DNA of 64,000 nt, taken from the IMG/VR virus record IMGVR_UViG_3300021400_000932. One strand, 5' to 3'. Position numbers and translations under genes: made by a program. The notes beneath the pieces are model-generated. The model saw only the letters and a program-made list of their open reading frames with translations. It was not told the DNA's origin and ran no database searches. The stretch is from a virus. Taxonomy: Duplodnaviria; Heunggongvirae; Uroviricota; Caudoviricetes. Below are positions 32,672 to 41,303 of the stretch, piece by piece. The stretch's first letter is position 1. Each line of letters starts with the position of its first letter.

Positions 32672-35551
32672 TTAGGTATAATTTGTAAGGTCTGTCTGAG
32701 GAGGAAGTGCAATAAGGTCAATGGTAATCTTCTGAATTGTTCCTGCTGGAGTAATGTAGATTTTGCCCACGCAGCTATTGGCCTTGACCGTGCCGATGGC
32801 ATCAAAGTCATTACCAATAACAACCTTGTAATCTCCGATAGCTCCGGCATTCTTCATAGAATCGAGGATAGGAGTTACGCCAACATAGAAGCTAGAGAAA
32901 GCTGCTTGGTTGGTATACTGGAATGTGATGGAGATACCTACCTTGTATACTACATTCTTGATGGCATTGACCAACAGACGAGTCGATAGATTTCTCAGAG
33001 CCTGATAGGTTGCAGGCGGATTCTCATACAGAGTGGAGTCACCCCATACGCTTAAACCGAGGTCGGGAATATTAGCGATAGCATTGACGCCAACACCACC
33101 CTCAGTATCGGGGTCAGGCTGCCACTTATCGAGATACTTCTTAGATACAGTGTAATCCATCTTACCGATTCTTACATTGTTCTTTCTCGAAGTTGGCTGA
33201 ATCCACTCATACTGCAAGCTCTGGTTCAGAACCATAGACCTCTGGATTAACAATGCGAGGAAAGAAGGAGAAGCGATGTTCTGCTTGTTAGTTCCTACAT
33301 AGATGTAGTTACCCCAAGGTCCGAACAGTGCTGCATGGGTAGAACGCAGACCATCCATACCGGAATCATATCTTGCCAATCTCTGAGCATAGCCGGTTTC
33401 AGCAGGCTGCTGAGAAGAATTGGTTACATATACCTTAGAAAGACTTCTCGGAATATCGAGATATGCAGTAGCACAACGAGAACCATAAGCAACATCCATC
33501 AGCTTAGTCTGGAGCGGAGATGGAGTCATCATATTGTGCGGATACTTGTCATCACCTGTTACAAACAAGAAGTCTTGGTCATCCCAACCTGGGCTAATCA
33601 ATCTATTCGGATTGTATGCTAACTTATCTGTCAGCAGACCGTATACAGGCAAGCAGTTAGTGAATAACCACTCTCTATAAAGTAAAGTCTGCGCAGTAGT
33701 AGAATCAATCGGAGAAGATATAACTTTTGTACCGTCCAAGATAGTTTTGTTGTACATGTCACAGAATGTCGATAGATAAGCAGTTTGCGCAAACCAGTCA
33801 GTAACCTTGCACTTTACTTTGTATGTGTATTCCTCAGTTGTTGTAAACTTGGCAACACCAGCAGCAGTAAAGATAATATTAAGTTTATTTTCCGAAATCG
33901 TATAATGCGTATTCTTCTCAAGTCCTGGAGCACTACCAACAGGCTCGCCATCATGAATCGGAGATGAGTCATCAGCATTTATAGCTACACCATTATGTTT
34001 GGAATAGTACTTAATATTTAAAGTTGGCGCGCCCTTGTCATAGTATTTATTCGACTCCCAAGTTGGCGCACTCGCTCCAGAAGGCACAGCCACATAGTTA
34101 CCGCTTAAATCCTTTTCATAGTAACTAGTATAGGTTGTAGCCCAGTCATCAGGTTCAGAAGTAAGCAAAGTATATTTAGTATGAGATTCCAGAATATCCT
34201 TAGAAATCGTAATATTTACGTCATCATCAGACTCTTTCTTCTTTGGATTCTCACCATAACGGCTACCGACATAAGCAATAGTATCTATCAAGCATTTTGC
34301 GATATCGGTTTCAGCAGTTTTGTCTGAACCGCCCGCAAATTCAATCCATGTATTCACATTATCAACATCCGTTTGTCCATTTGCCGCAGCAAAAACGGTA
34401 TCTTCACTAAGACCCTCTGCAACAATATTAACGAACTGAGACTGAACCTCTCCTACATATGGAATGTTGTCAGTCGAATTTGTGATATCAAATGTGAATA
34501 TCATATTTTCAACTGCAAGTCTTACACCAGAAGCATCCTGAATATAGGTGATGAGGTTCCAATACTTCTGACCTCTGCTCTCCATCTTATTGAGAGAACA
34601 ACGAATGTTATTACCGAATGTGCCTGGGTACTTAGCAGTTAAAGTAAGAGAACCTGTTTCTTCAGCCTTACCAGTTTTCGGATTTACTGCGCGAATGTCT
34701 GTAGAATAGGTAATGGTAATAGAATCATCTGCCATAATTCCTACAGATTCCCATGTGGGATAATCGGTTCTGTAGTAAGTGTTTTCAGCGAAAGTAGGTG
34801 CGGAATCACCACTGAGCGGAGTATATGTATCGCCGGACTTGGAATAATATGATTTCCATTTAGTGCTCCAATCCTCCGGTGCTGCTTCAAGAACAATAAA
34901 TGGACGCTTGAACTTAACAACTATTGTTTCTCCAGTTTTGCTGTACTCAAGCCACTTTTTGCTTTCCGCAGTTTGCTTCCCATCCTTATCCAACTTAATC
35001 TCACGATAATTCGAATTGAAATTAGGATTAGTAGATGTACAAATAAAACTATGTTCATCATTCGGTTCTCGATTCAATGCGAATGTTGCAATGCTTACAG
35101 AATCATTTATATTTACGTTTTTCGCATCATCAGAATCTTCGACAACATCACGCTTGATACTATTACTCATATTGCCGACTGCGGCAATACCTGGCGAAAC
35201 TCTACAAACAAGAACATCATAACCAGCAGTAAGCAGCGAAACAGCCATTTGGTAGGAATAATCCTGAGCTAGACGATAGTTAGCGGCCGCACCACGATAG
35301 GTGGACACAAAAGATTCAAGACCCTGAGAATTTGCTTTGAATCTCGTCCATACAATATCTTCGATAGCCTGCTCATCAGCACTTGCTGAAGATACAGTAA
35401 TTTTGCCTGTTTTGCCATCCATCACCTTTTCAGAACCAAGATATGCAGGTCCCCAACTTGCGGTAATCGGCAGAGCAACACAACAGTATGAATTATCGCC
35501 TATGACATACGAATAATTTTGGGATATTTCATTAATTAAAATATCTGCCAT
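32672..35551 (-). CDS. tail sheath protein (959 aa, with insertion domains)
   Basis: N-terminal ILINEIS...VALPITASWGPAYLGSEK matches the sheath N-terminal consensus (compare P2 FI LEINEG...TASDAD). C-terminal SVWGDST...GKIYITPAGTIQKITIDLIAL matches the sheath C-terminal domain (P2 FI RFWGNRT...GKLYIDYDYTPV). Confidence 0.8.
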   Translation of the reverse strand: MADILINEISQNYSYVIGDNSYCCVALPITASWGPAYLGSEKVMDGKTGKITVSSASADEQAIEDIVWTRFKANSQGLESFVSTYRGAAANYRLAQDYSYQMAVSLLTAGYDVLVCRVSPGIAAVGNMSNSIKRDVVEDSDDAKNVNINDSVSIATFALNREPNDEHSFICTSTNPNFNSNYREIKLDKDGKQTAESKKWLEYSKTGETIVVKFKRPFIVLEAAPEDWSTKWKSYYSKSGDTYTPLSGDSAPTFAENTYYRTDYPTWESVGIMADDSITITYSTDIRAVNPKTGKAEETGSLTLTAKYPGTFGNNIRCSLNKMESRGQKYWNLITYIQDASGVRLAVENMIFTFDITNSTDNIPYVGEVQSQFVNIVAEGLSEDTVFAAANGQTDVDNVNTWIEFAGGSDKTAETDIAKCLIDTIAYVGSRYGENPKKKESDDDVNITISKDILESHTKYTLLTSEPDDWATTYTSYYEKDLSGNYVAVPSGASAPTWESNKYYDKGAPTLNIKYYSKHNGVAINADDSSPIHDGEPVGSAPGLEKNTHYTISENKLNIIFTAAGVAKFTTTEEYTYKVKCKVTDWFAQTAYLSTFCDMYNKTILDGTKVISSPIDSTTAQTLLYREWLFTNCLPVYGLLTDKLAYNPNRLISPGWDDQDFLFVTGDDKYPHNMMTPSPLQTKLMDVAYGSRCATAYLDIPRSLSKVYVTNSSQQPAETGYAQRLARYDSGMDGLRSTHAALFGPWGNYIYVGTNKQNIASPSFLALLIQRSMVLNQSLQYEWIQPTSRKNNVRIGKMDYTVSKKYLDKWQPDPDTEGGVGVNAIANIPDLGLSVWGDSTLYENPPATYQALRNLSTRLLVNAIKNVVYKVGISITFQYTNQAAFSSFYVGVTPILDSMKNAGAIGDYKVVIGNDFDAIGTVKANSCVGKIYITPAGTIQKITIDLIALPPQTDLTNYT

Positions 35552-35667
35552 GAGTTCGATACCTCCTATGTATTTTGAACATTGTTAGAATTTTTATACA
35601 AAGGTTTCGTACTTTTCATTCTAAGAATATATAAGGTTATTTTCGGACTGTTAATATATAAGGTTTT

Positions 35668-36000
35668 TTATTCAGCATCGGATGCCGTAGGTTCTTCAAC
35701 CACAGACTCAACAAATTTCGGCTTTCTACCGCGAGTAGTCTTAGGTTTTTCCGTGGATGTTTCCGTGGGTTTTGGGATTTCAGTAGGTTTTGGGGCTTCC
35801 AGCACAGTAGATTTATTCTCTACTGGAAGCACTTTAGGAATTTCAGTTACGGATGGCTTTGCAGGTTCTGGACGAGAACCGCACAGAACAAACCTCTTAT
35901 CTCGAATTACCCCACCGACTTCTTTCTTATCTCCATAATTAAATGTGACGCCATAATATGTCTTTGACATCCTACTATGGCTGATATAGGTATACAGCAT
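35668..36000 (-). CDS. hypothetical Lys/Pro/Thr-rich protein
   Basis: 110-aa ORF with PKPTEIPKPTETSTEKPK low-complexity segment. Confidence 0.4.
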   Translation of the reverse strand: MLYTYISHSRMSKTYYGVTFNYGDKKEVGGVIRDKRFVLCGSRPEPAKPSVTEIPKVLPVENKSTVLEAPKPTEIPKPTETSTEKPKTTRGRKPKFVESVVEEPTASDAE

Positions 36001-36005
36001 AATTC

Positions 36006-36656
36006 TTAGTTTCCTTTCTCTAATCTTGACAAATTTTCTTCCAAAAACTCATGTCGAACCGGAACTACATGGTCGAAACTAATGTGTTTCATTCTTACCG
36101 CCTTATAGGATACCAGTATACAACCCTCACAAGTTAATGGGATTATTGATTGATAAAGTTTACCGCCCTCTAAGTATTCAAATGTTCCGGATGTACTCTG
36201 CACATCGGAATCCGGCGAAATTGTAACTCCGAATCTTATCTTCCTATCAGCTTCATATGGGAGCTTTATAGTGAGATAATACATATTGATATACTTGAAT
36301 AAAAACTCTCTTGTAATCTCGTCTAAGTCAGCAGTATTTGTCGCCAAGATAGTAAGATTGTAATTGAGCTTTATCGGGATTACTCGTTCATAGTACAAGT
36401 AATTGGTTTCTTTGTCCATTACCGCAAGTTGACCTCTGTGCATCTGAGTGAAGTTTGTTCTTGCGGAATCTATGGTAAATGGGTCTTCCCTCGTCAGAAC
36501 TACGAGAGGAAATGTTATTTCATCATTTTGTATCTGCGCAGCTATATTGATTGCCGCCTCTGGATTGACAACTCGTATAGCGGGGGTCTCACCAGGCTCT
36601 ACGTCGAATGAATCTTTAATATCATCGGCGATTGCATCATCATATAAATAAAGCAT
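36006..36656 (-). CDS. hypothetical virion (neck/tail-completion?) protein
   Basis: 216-aa ORF immediately upstream of the sheath gene. Confidence 0.4.
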   Translation of the reverse strand: MLYLYDDAIADDIKDSFDVEPGETPAIRVVNPEAAINIAAQIQNDEITFPLVVLTREDPFTIDSARTNFTQMHRGQLAVMDKETNYLYYERVIPIKLNYNLTILATNTADLDEITREFLFKYINMYYLTIKLPYEADRKIRFGVTISPDSDVQSTSGTFEYLEGGKLYQSIIPLTCEGCILVSYKAVRMKHISFDHVVPVRHEFLEENLSRLEKGN

Positions 36657-36657
36657 A

Positions 36658-37203
36658 CTACACTTCCTTATCTACCTTAGTGGTGTAATAGTCACCTCGG
36701 AAATCTGTATTAGATTTTAAGAAGTGGTTAGATTTGTTAAATGTATTGGCTCTCTCAGTCTTAGTTCTTCCAAGTAACTGTGTCTTATCATATACCGGAA
36801 CAATCTTGCACACAATATGGTCTGGTGCTTGCAAATCATAAGATATTTCCGTTACTCGGAATATCCTTTCCGGTAACTCAGAATACTGACCAGCGATACT
36901 GAATATGGCATCCTTTTGAACCTGCGGTAAATACCAAGAACAGTGTATCAGGAATGGCAAATCCTCATGGTTTTCAACTACCCAACCGAATCGCTTTAAT
37001 GTTTTAGCCTTTGGGTTACTTTCAAAAAATATAAAAGTATCAATCGGGTCGGAATAGCTGTCTACAAGACTTTCACCTTGAGTATTGGTATCCGGAATTA
37101 TGGGAAACTGAAACTTGCATGGTATTCCTCGCATCTCAAGAGCTTCCTCATAACGCTTTCGGAACAATTTAATGTCTGATTGAATTAAATTAGCCATATT
37201 CAA
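36658..37203 (-). CDS. hypothetical virion protein
   Basis: 181-aa ORF, 1-nt spacing to neighbours. Confidence 0.4.
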   Translation of the reverse strand: MNMANLIQSDIKLFRKRYEEALEMRGIPCKFQFPIIPDTNTQGESLVDSYSDPIDTFIFFESNPKAKTLKRFGWVVENHEDLPFLIHCSWYLPQVQKDAIFSIAGQYSELPERIFRVTEISYDLQAPDHIVCKIVPVYDKTQLLGRTKTERANTFNKSNHFLKSNTDFRGDYYTTKVDKEV

Positions 37204-37821
37204 TCACCTGCTGTATTCTTCTATGATGTCAGATATGTTGAGCACATAGTCTCTTAGGAAACTCCAATCGAAATGCTTTTCTTCACTTATTGCAGTAATA
37301 TTGATTGCTGTTCCACCCATCAACGCATTTTGAAATTCATCTGTTCTGGCTCTGTATGTATTGTTAATCCAATCCGGATGGTCCTTTATCTTAAAGGCGG
37401 TAACAAAATACTCTGGGTCTTTCTCAGTATCAAACAAAGTAGGTTCGGAAATAAGCATATATCGTATCTTGTCATAGCCTAACTTATCTAATGTAATGAG
37501 ATATTCTATTACATCTCCTGGCAAAGTGCCGAGAACATCATATGTGATAAGAAAACCGAATCTACGAAGCTCTGACAATATTTCTTCCGGAGTCAATAGA
37601 GGGATTGACGGATTTTCAACATCAACGCCAGTGCCATCTACAAGATATGCGAACAAACAACCATATTTCTTATGAGTAACCCGCACCACCGTACCATGAA
37701 GTCGGTCATCCACAATCTGAATACCAGAAGCTCTTAGGTCTTGGTCATAGTTGGACAGACATCGATTTAATTGCAGCCAAGATGTTATTTTGTATTTTAA
37801 TGTTCTTGACACTTTCAACAC
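37204..37821 (-). CDS. hypothetical virion protein
   Basis: 205-aa ORF. Confidence 0.4.
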   Translation of the reverse strand: MLKVSRTLKYKITSWLQLNRCLSNYDQDLRASGIQIVDDRLHGTVVRVTHKKYGCLFAYLVDGTGVDVENPSIPLLTPEEILSELRRFGFLITYDVLGTLPGDVIEYLITLDKLGYDKIRYMLISEPTLFDTEKDPEYFVTAFKIKDHPDWINNTYRARTDEFQNALMGGTAINITAISEEKHFDWSFLRDYVLNISDIIEEYSR

Positions 37822-37832
37822 CTCAATATTTT

Positions 37833-38156
37833 TTAGATAACAGACTCTGCGAATTCACGAAGTTCATTCTGAAATCCGGTGAGCGTTTCTGTAGAAGATT
37901 CTGGATATTGCGCAAAATACTGACTGATTAAATCCAACTTCAACTCGAAGTATAACTGATTGAGTTCAGAAACGGATAAATCTTCTTTGTGTTTCTCTCG
38001 GAATATGAAATACCTTGTTATGACTGAAGAAAAGGATTTATGTGCTTTTGCATCATCCGCAGACAAGTCAGCAGTAAGCAATGTTTTGAAATTTGTACTA
38101 TTGTATTGTTTCAACTCGCGGAAAAACATATTTTCCAGTTCTTTTGCAGTCTTCAC
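37833..38156 (-). CDS. hypothetical protein
   Basis: 107-aa ORF. Confidence 0.4.
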   Translation of the reverse strand: MKTAKELENMFFRELKQYNSTNFKTLLTADLSADDAKAHKSFSSVITRYFIFREKHKEDLSVSELNQLYFELKLDLISQYFAQYPESSTETLTGFQNELREFAESVI

Positions 38157-38174
38157 AGTTTGAAGCCCTCCCCA

Positions 38175-39689
38175 TTATAGTGTAGTTTCTTCAGTTTCCG
38201 AAGAAACATCCAGAGCTGTATCGGATATAGTTGCACTAGTCTTTGGCATACACTCACCAAGAATCTCTGACAATGCTATCTTAAACACCTCTGGCTTATC
38301 TACTCTAAGACTTTTCAGCAAATCAACAAGTGTGGAAGATTGCGTAATAGCCATATCGCGCTTATCAAACTGCAATGCACTCATTTCAGTAAGAATCGGC
38401 TGCATATGCAATTCGAACTTGTTTTCGTATCGAGAATGACCCTTTGCCACAAAATACTTGTTTAATGCATCAGTCCATCCGGCCATATATGCGGTTTCTA
38501 TTCGTTGCAAGGAGTTTGCATACAAAGCAGACCGCTGCGACATTACAGCACCGGCACCGCCAAGACCTTCAGCAGAAGAGAAGTTCAATGCCTCTTTCGG
38601 AATTCCCAGAACAGACAATTTCTTATCCTGATAGTAATTCAATAACTTATCAGCATTCTCAGAATCATCTTTCATGTTAAGGTCAGTAACAGATACAGCA
38701 TCTTGTCCGTTGACCTTTGGTATGTAAATCAAATTATTTGGCGACTGTGGGTTCAAGAAACTCTGGGTGTCGCCAGTATCTGTATTAAGAGAAAGCTGTT
38801 GCTGTATTGCATCCTTTATTTGTTGTAAGTTATCTCGGATTTCTTCTTCCTCTGTAGTGGTTCCGCAATCGACATTTATAAATCTTACAACTTTTACCAG
38901 AGATGACAAAATTGATGCATCTTCAAGCAGGTTCAGTATTTGTGTAGGTTGCAATGCCGCTTCTAACAATGGGTCTGCAAACTGAATATCATATACTGCG
39001 TCATTTCCATCTTTATCTCTTACAGCTATTTGATAATCACCAAGTAAACCACCGAGAGCAAAGTGAATAATGGACTGTTCAGGATAAATTACAGAACTTG
39101 ATGGCAAATAAGAAGTTTTTCCTTTTTGTTCTTCTGTAGGAGAAAGAATAAATCCTTTTCTTTCTCCTTGTTGCCAAACATGTATTACATCATCAGCAGG
39201 AATTTTTGTAGATGGTATGATATCATAACCATTGTCCGGAACGGTATTTGTATCAAGTGCAACACCAACATTCATATGTCGTGTTGACAAATCCTTATAC
39301 AAATCCGTTGTCGGTAAATACAAATTTCCTGTTGTAGCTAATTCAAGTATGTGGTCTCTTGCATATGCATTAATATTCCATTTACGGAATAATGCGTTTA
39401 TCAGTTCTGCCGCATCTTTCGGACCATCCGGAACCGTAGTAGCCCAAATTATCTGTCCGGATGAATTTGGAATTGTGGCGTCGGTCGCATAATAGGATAA
39501 AGCGGTTGCTACCTGAGAGTCCTTTGCCAAAGCTCGCATCTTATCAATAGTTGTCTTAATATCTGCGAGGTCTGAATCACTTTTTATGTCAGATAGGCGA
39601 TAAAAAGAACCACCAACGACACTTCTTAAAAATGACTGCGGCTTTGGACGCCGAACTACGGTCATAATCTTATCAAAAAATTTTGCCAT
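38175..39689 (-). CDS. putative portal protein
   Basis: 504-aa protein in the terminase-proximal position; CCTTATATAAT motif upstream; no diagnostic motif verified. Confidence 0.4.
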   Translation of the reverse strand: MAKFFDKIMTVVRRPKPQSFLRSVVGGSFYRLSDIKSDSDLADIKTTIDKMRALAKDSQVATALSYYATDATIPNSSGQIIWATTVPDGPKDAAELINALFRKWNINAYARDHILELATTGNLYLPTTDLYKDLSTRHMNVGVALDTNTVPDNGYDIIPSTKIPADDVIHVWQQGERKGFILSPTEEQKGKTSYLPSSSVIYPEQSIIHFALGGLLGDYQIAVRDKDGNDAVYDIQFADPLLEAALQPTQILNLLEDASILSSLVKVVRFINVDCGTTTEEEEIRDNLQQIKDAIQQQLSLNTDTGDTQSFLNPQSPNNLIYIPKVNGQDAVSVTDLNMKDDSENADKLLNYYQDKKLSVLGIPKEALNFSSAEGLGGAGAVMSQRSALYANSLQRIETAYMAGWTDALNKYFVAKGHSRYENKFELHMQPILTEMSALQFDKRDMAITQSSTLVDLLKSLRVDKPEVFKIALSEILGECMPKTSATISDTALDVSSETEETTL

Positions 39690-39705
39690 CTATATCTCCC
39701 CTACA

Positions 39706-41265
39706 TTATATAAGGTGTAACTTCTCAAGGTCATTATCTATCTGAAAACTGCTGAAAAATTCATCTTCTACATAGACAGGGATGTTGTAGCTTTGAGCTA
39801 AGTCGATAATTTGTTTTGGTTCTCCCCTAAAATGACCAACAACCAGACAACTGCAATCTGAAGTTAATTCCAAAGTCACATCGGCACTATAGCTGTTAAG
39901 GATAGAAGTAATTTCTTCCAACGAACCATGTTGGAATTTTCCTGCAATGCAGATTTTCTTGTTAATAAATATGGGGTCACCCTTAAACTTCTTTTGAACT
40001 TCGACAATCTCAATATTTTGATTGTGGATGATGCTATCAAATGTTTCAGCATGTCTTCCATCAGAAAACCAGTCAACAAGATTCTTTGCAAACATAGGAT
40101 TCAGTCTTAGTTCAGAATATGCTTTATCTGGATTATTGATATAATAATGTACCGCAGTTTGTGATTTTGCTTGTCTAACGAACTGAGCTACATTGTCAAT
40201 ATTTCCCATAGTAACAGATACAGGGAGAATACTAAACAACAAGTTGGTGAGCGTGGTCTTAATTCCCCTCTCTGCATACTGAGGAAGATTGAGCACACTT
40301 TGCAGAGAACTAATTTCACCGGAATTTGCGGCTTCGATATATTCTTCATAAGGAAGTTGGTCTAAACCGAAACCAACAAGCATCTTAACAACATTCTTGT
40401 AATTGCGAGATGGACAATCAGAATCAGCGCAGATTGTAGTGCCATCATTAATGGTATACTGCTTACCGCAAATAGGACAAGTGAACACATTCGACAATCT
40501 ACCGTACTCCAGATGCGGAGAAATCGAATACACAACCTCATTATCTTCAAGCATCACATAAGTTCCGACCGAAGCATCATAAGCCACAGCATCGGAATAA
40601 GGTATGATATATTTATCCTCATTTCCAACTATGTTCCAATGCACATATCCAGATTCATCTATAAGCGGACTGGCTGATTTTACCGTATCTGCGACAAGTC
40701 CACGAGATATAAAACTGGTGGATGCCCCAATCGAAACATTGTAACCCACAGCAATCGGCAATGCCTTGTTAGTGGATTGACCTATCGTATCAATGTATGC
40801 ATCCAGTTGAGATGGAACAGAATTAGCCGTAACACTAATACCGCCGATAAAACTAAAACCATAAGACCTTAACTTACTTGCCAACATCAATGTGGCCACA
40901 TTCAAATTATTATAATGTGCTCCACCATAAGCATAAAACTTACACTTAGTCGGCCATTTTGTAATAAATTTGATTATGCTATCGTAATAACACTCCGGAA
41001 CATCACCTGTGCAAGACGAATACCTAAAATCTGGGTCTGTGATAACAATAACACCATCAACCCTGGATATTTTAGATATGGTGGAAATTCTTTGAGAGAT
41101 TACTTTTGCAGAACACAAATCTGTTACTACAGAAAATGGCAATTCCTCATTAGTTGGATTTGCAACTATGCTTGTTACAAATCCTTGTTGGGCATAGTTG
41201 ACAGAACATAAAAGTCCTACAGGAATTGGTTGAACATACTGACCCGATGAAAAAGTTGTTGACAT
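39706..41265 (-). CDS. protein with NAD-ligase-like C-terminal module (C4 Zn-finger + HhH + BRCT) and uncharacterised N-terminal domain
   Basis: CPICGKQYTINDGTTICADSDCPSRN (LigA-type Zn finger), HhH-like VVKMLVGFGLDQLP...ERGIKTTLTNLLFSI, and BRCT-like KKICIAGKFQHGSLEEITSILNSYSADVTLELTSDCSCLVVGHFRGEPKQIIDLAQSYNIPVYVEDEF. No KxDG adenylation motif. Confidence 0.55.
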   Translation of the reverse strand: MSTTFSSGQYVQPIPVGLLCSVNYAQQGFVTSIVANPTNEELPFSVVTDLCSAKVISQRISTISKISRVDGVIVITDPDFRYSSCTGDVPECYYDSIIKFITKWPTKCKFYAYGGAHYNNLNVATLMLASKLRSYGFSFIGGISVTANSVPSQLDAYIDTIGQSTNKALPIAVGYNVSIGASTSFISRGLVADTVKSASPLIDESGYVHWNIVGNEDKYIIPYSDAVAYDASVGTYVMLEDNEVVYSISPHLEYGRLSNVFTCPICGKQYTINDGTTICADSDCPSRNYKNVVKMLVGFGLDQLPYEEYIEAANSGEISSLQSVLNLPQYAERGIKTTLTNLLFSILPVSVTMGNIDNVAQFVRQAKSQTAVHYYINNPDKAYSELRLNPMFAKNLVDWFSDGRHAETFDSIIHNQNIEIVEVQKKFKGDPIFINKKICIAGKFQHGSLEEITSILNSYSADVTLELTSDCSCLVVGHFRGEPKQIIDLAQSYNIPVYVEDEFFSSFQIDNDLEKLHLI

Positions 41266-41303
41266 TGTTAAAATCCTCCCTTAACAGTTTTAAGTGGTAG
41301 TTT

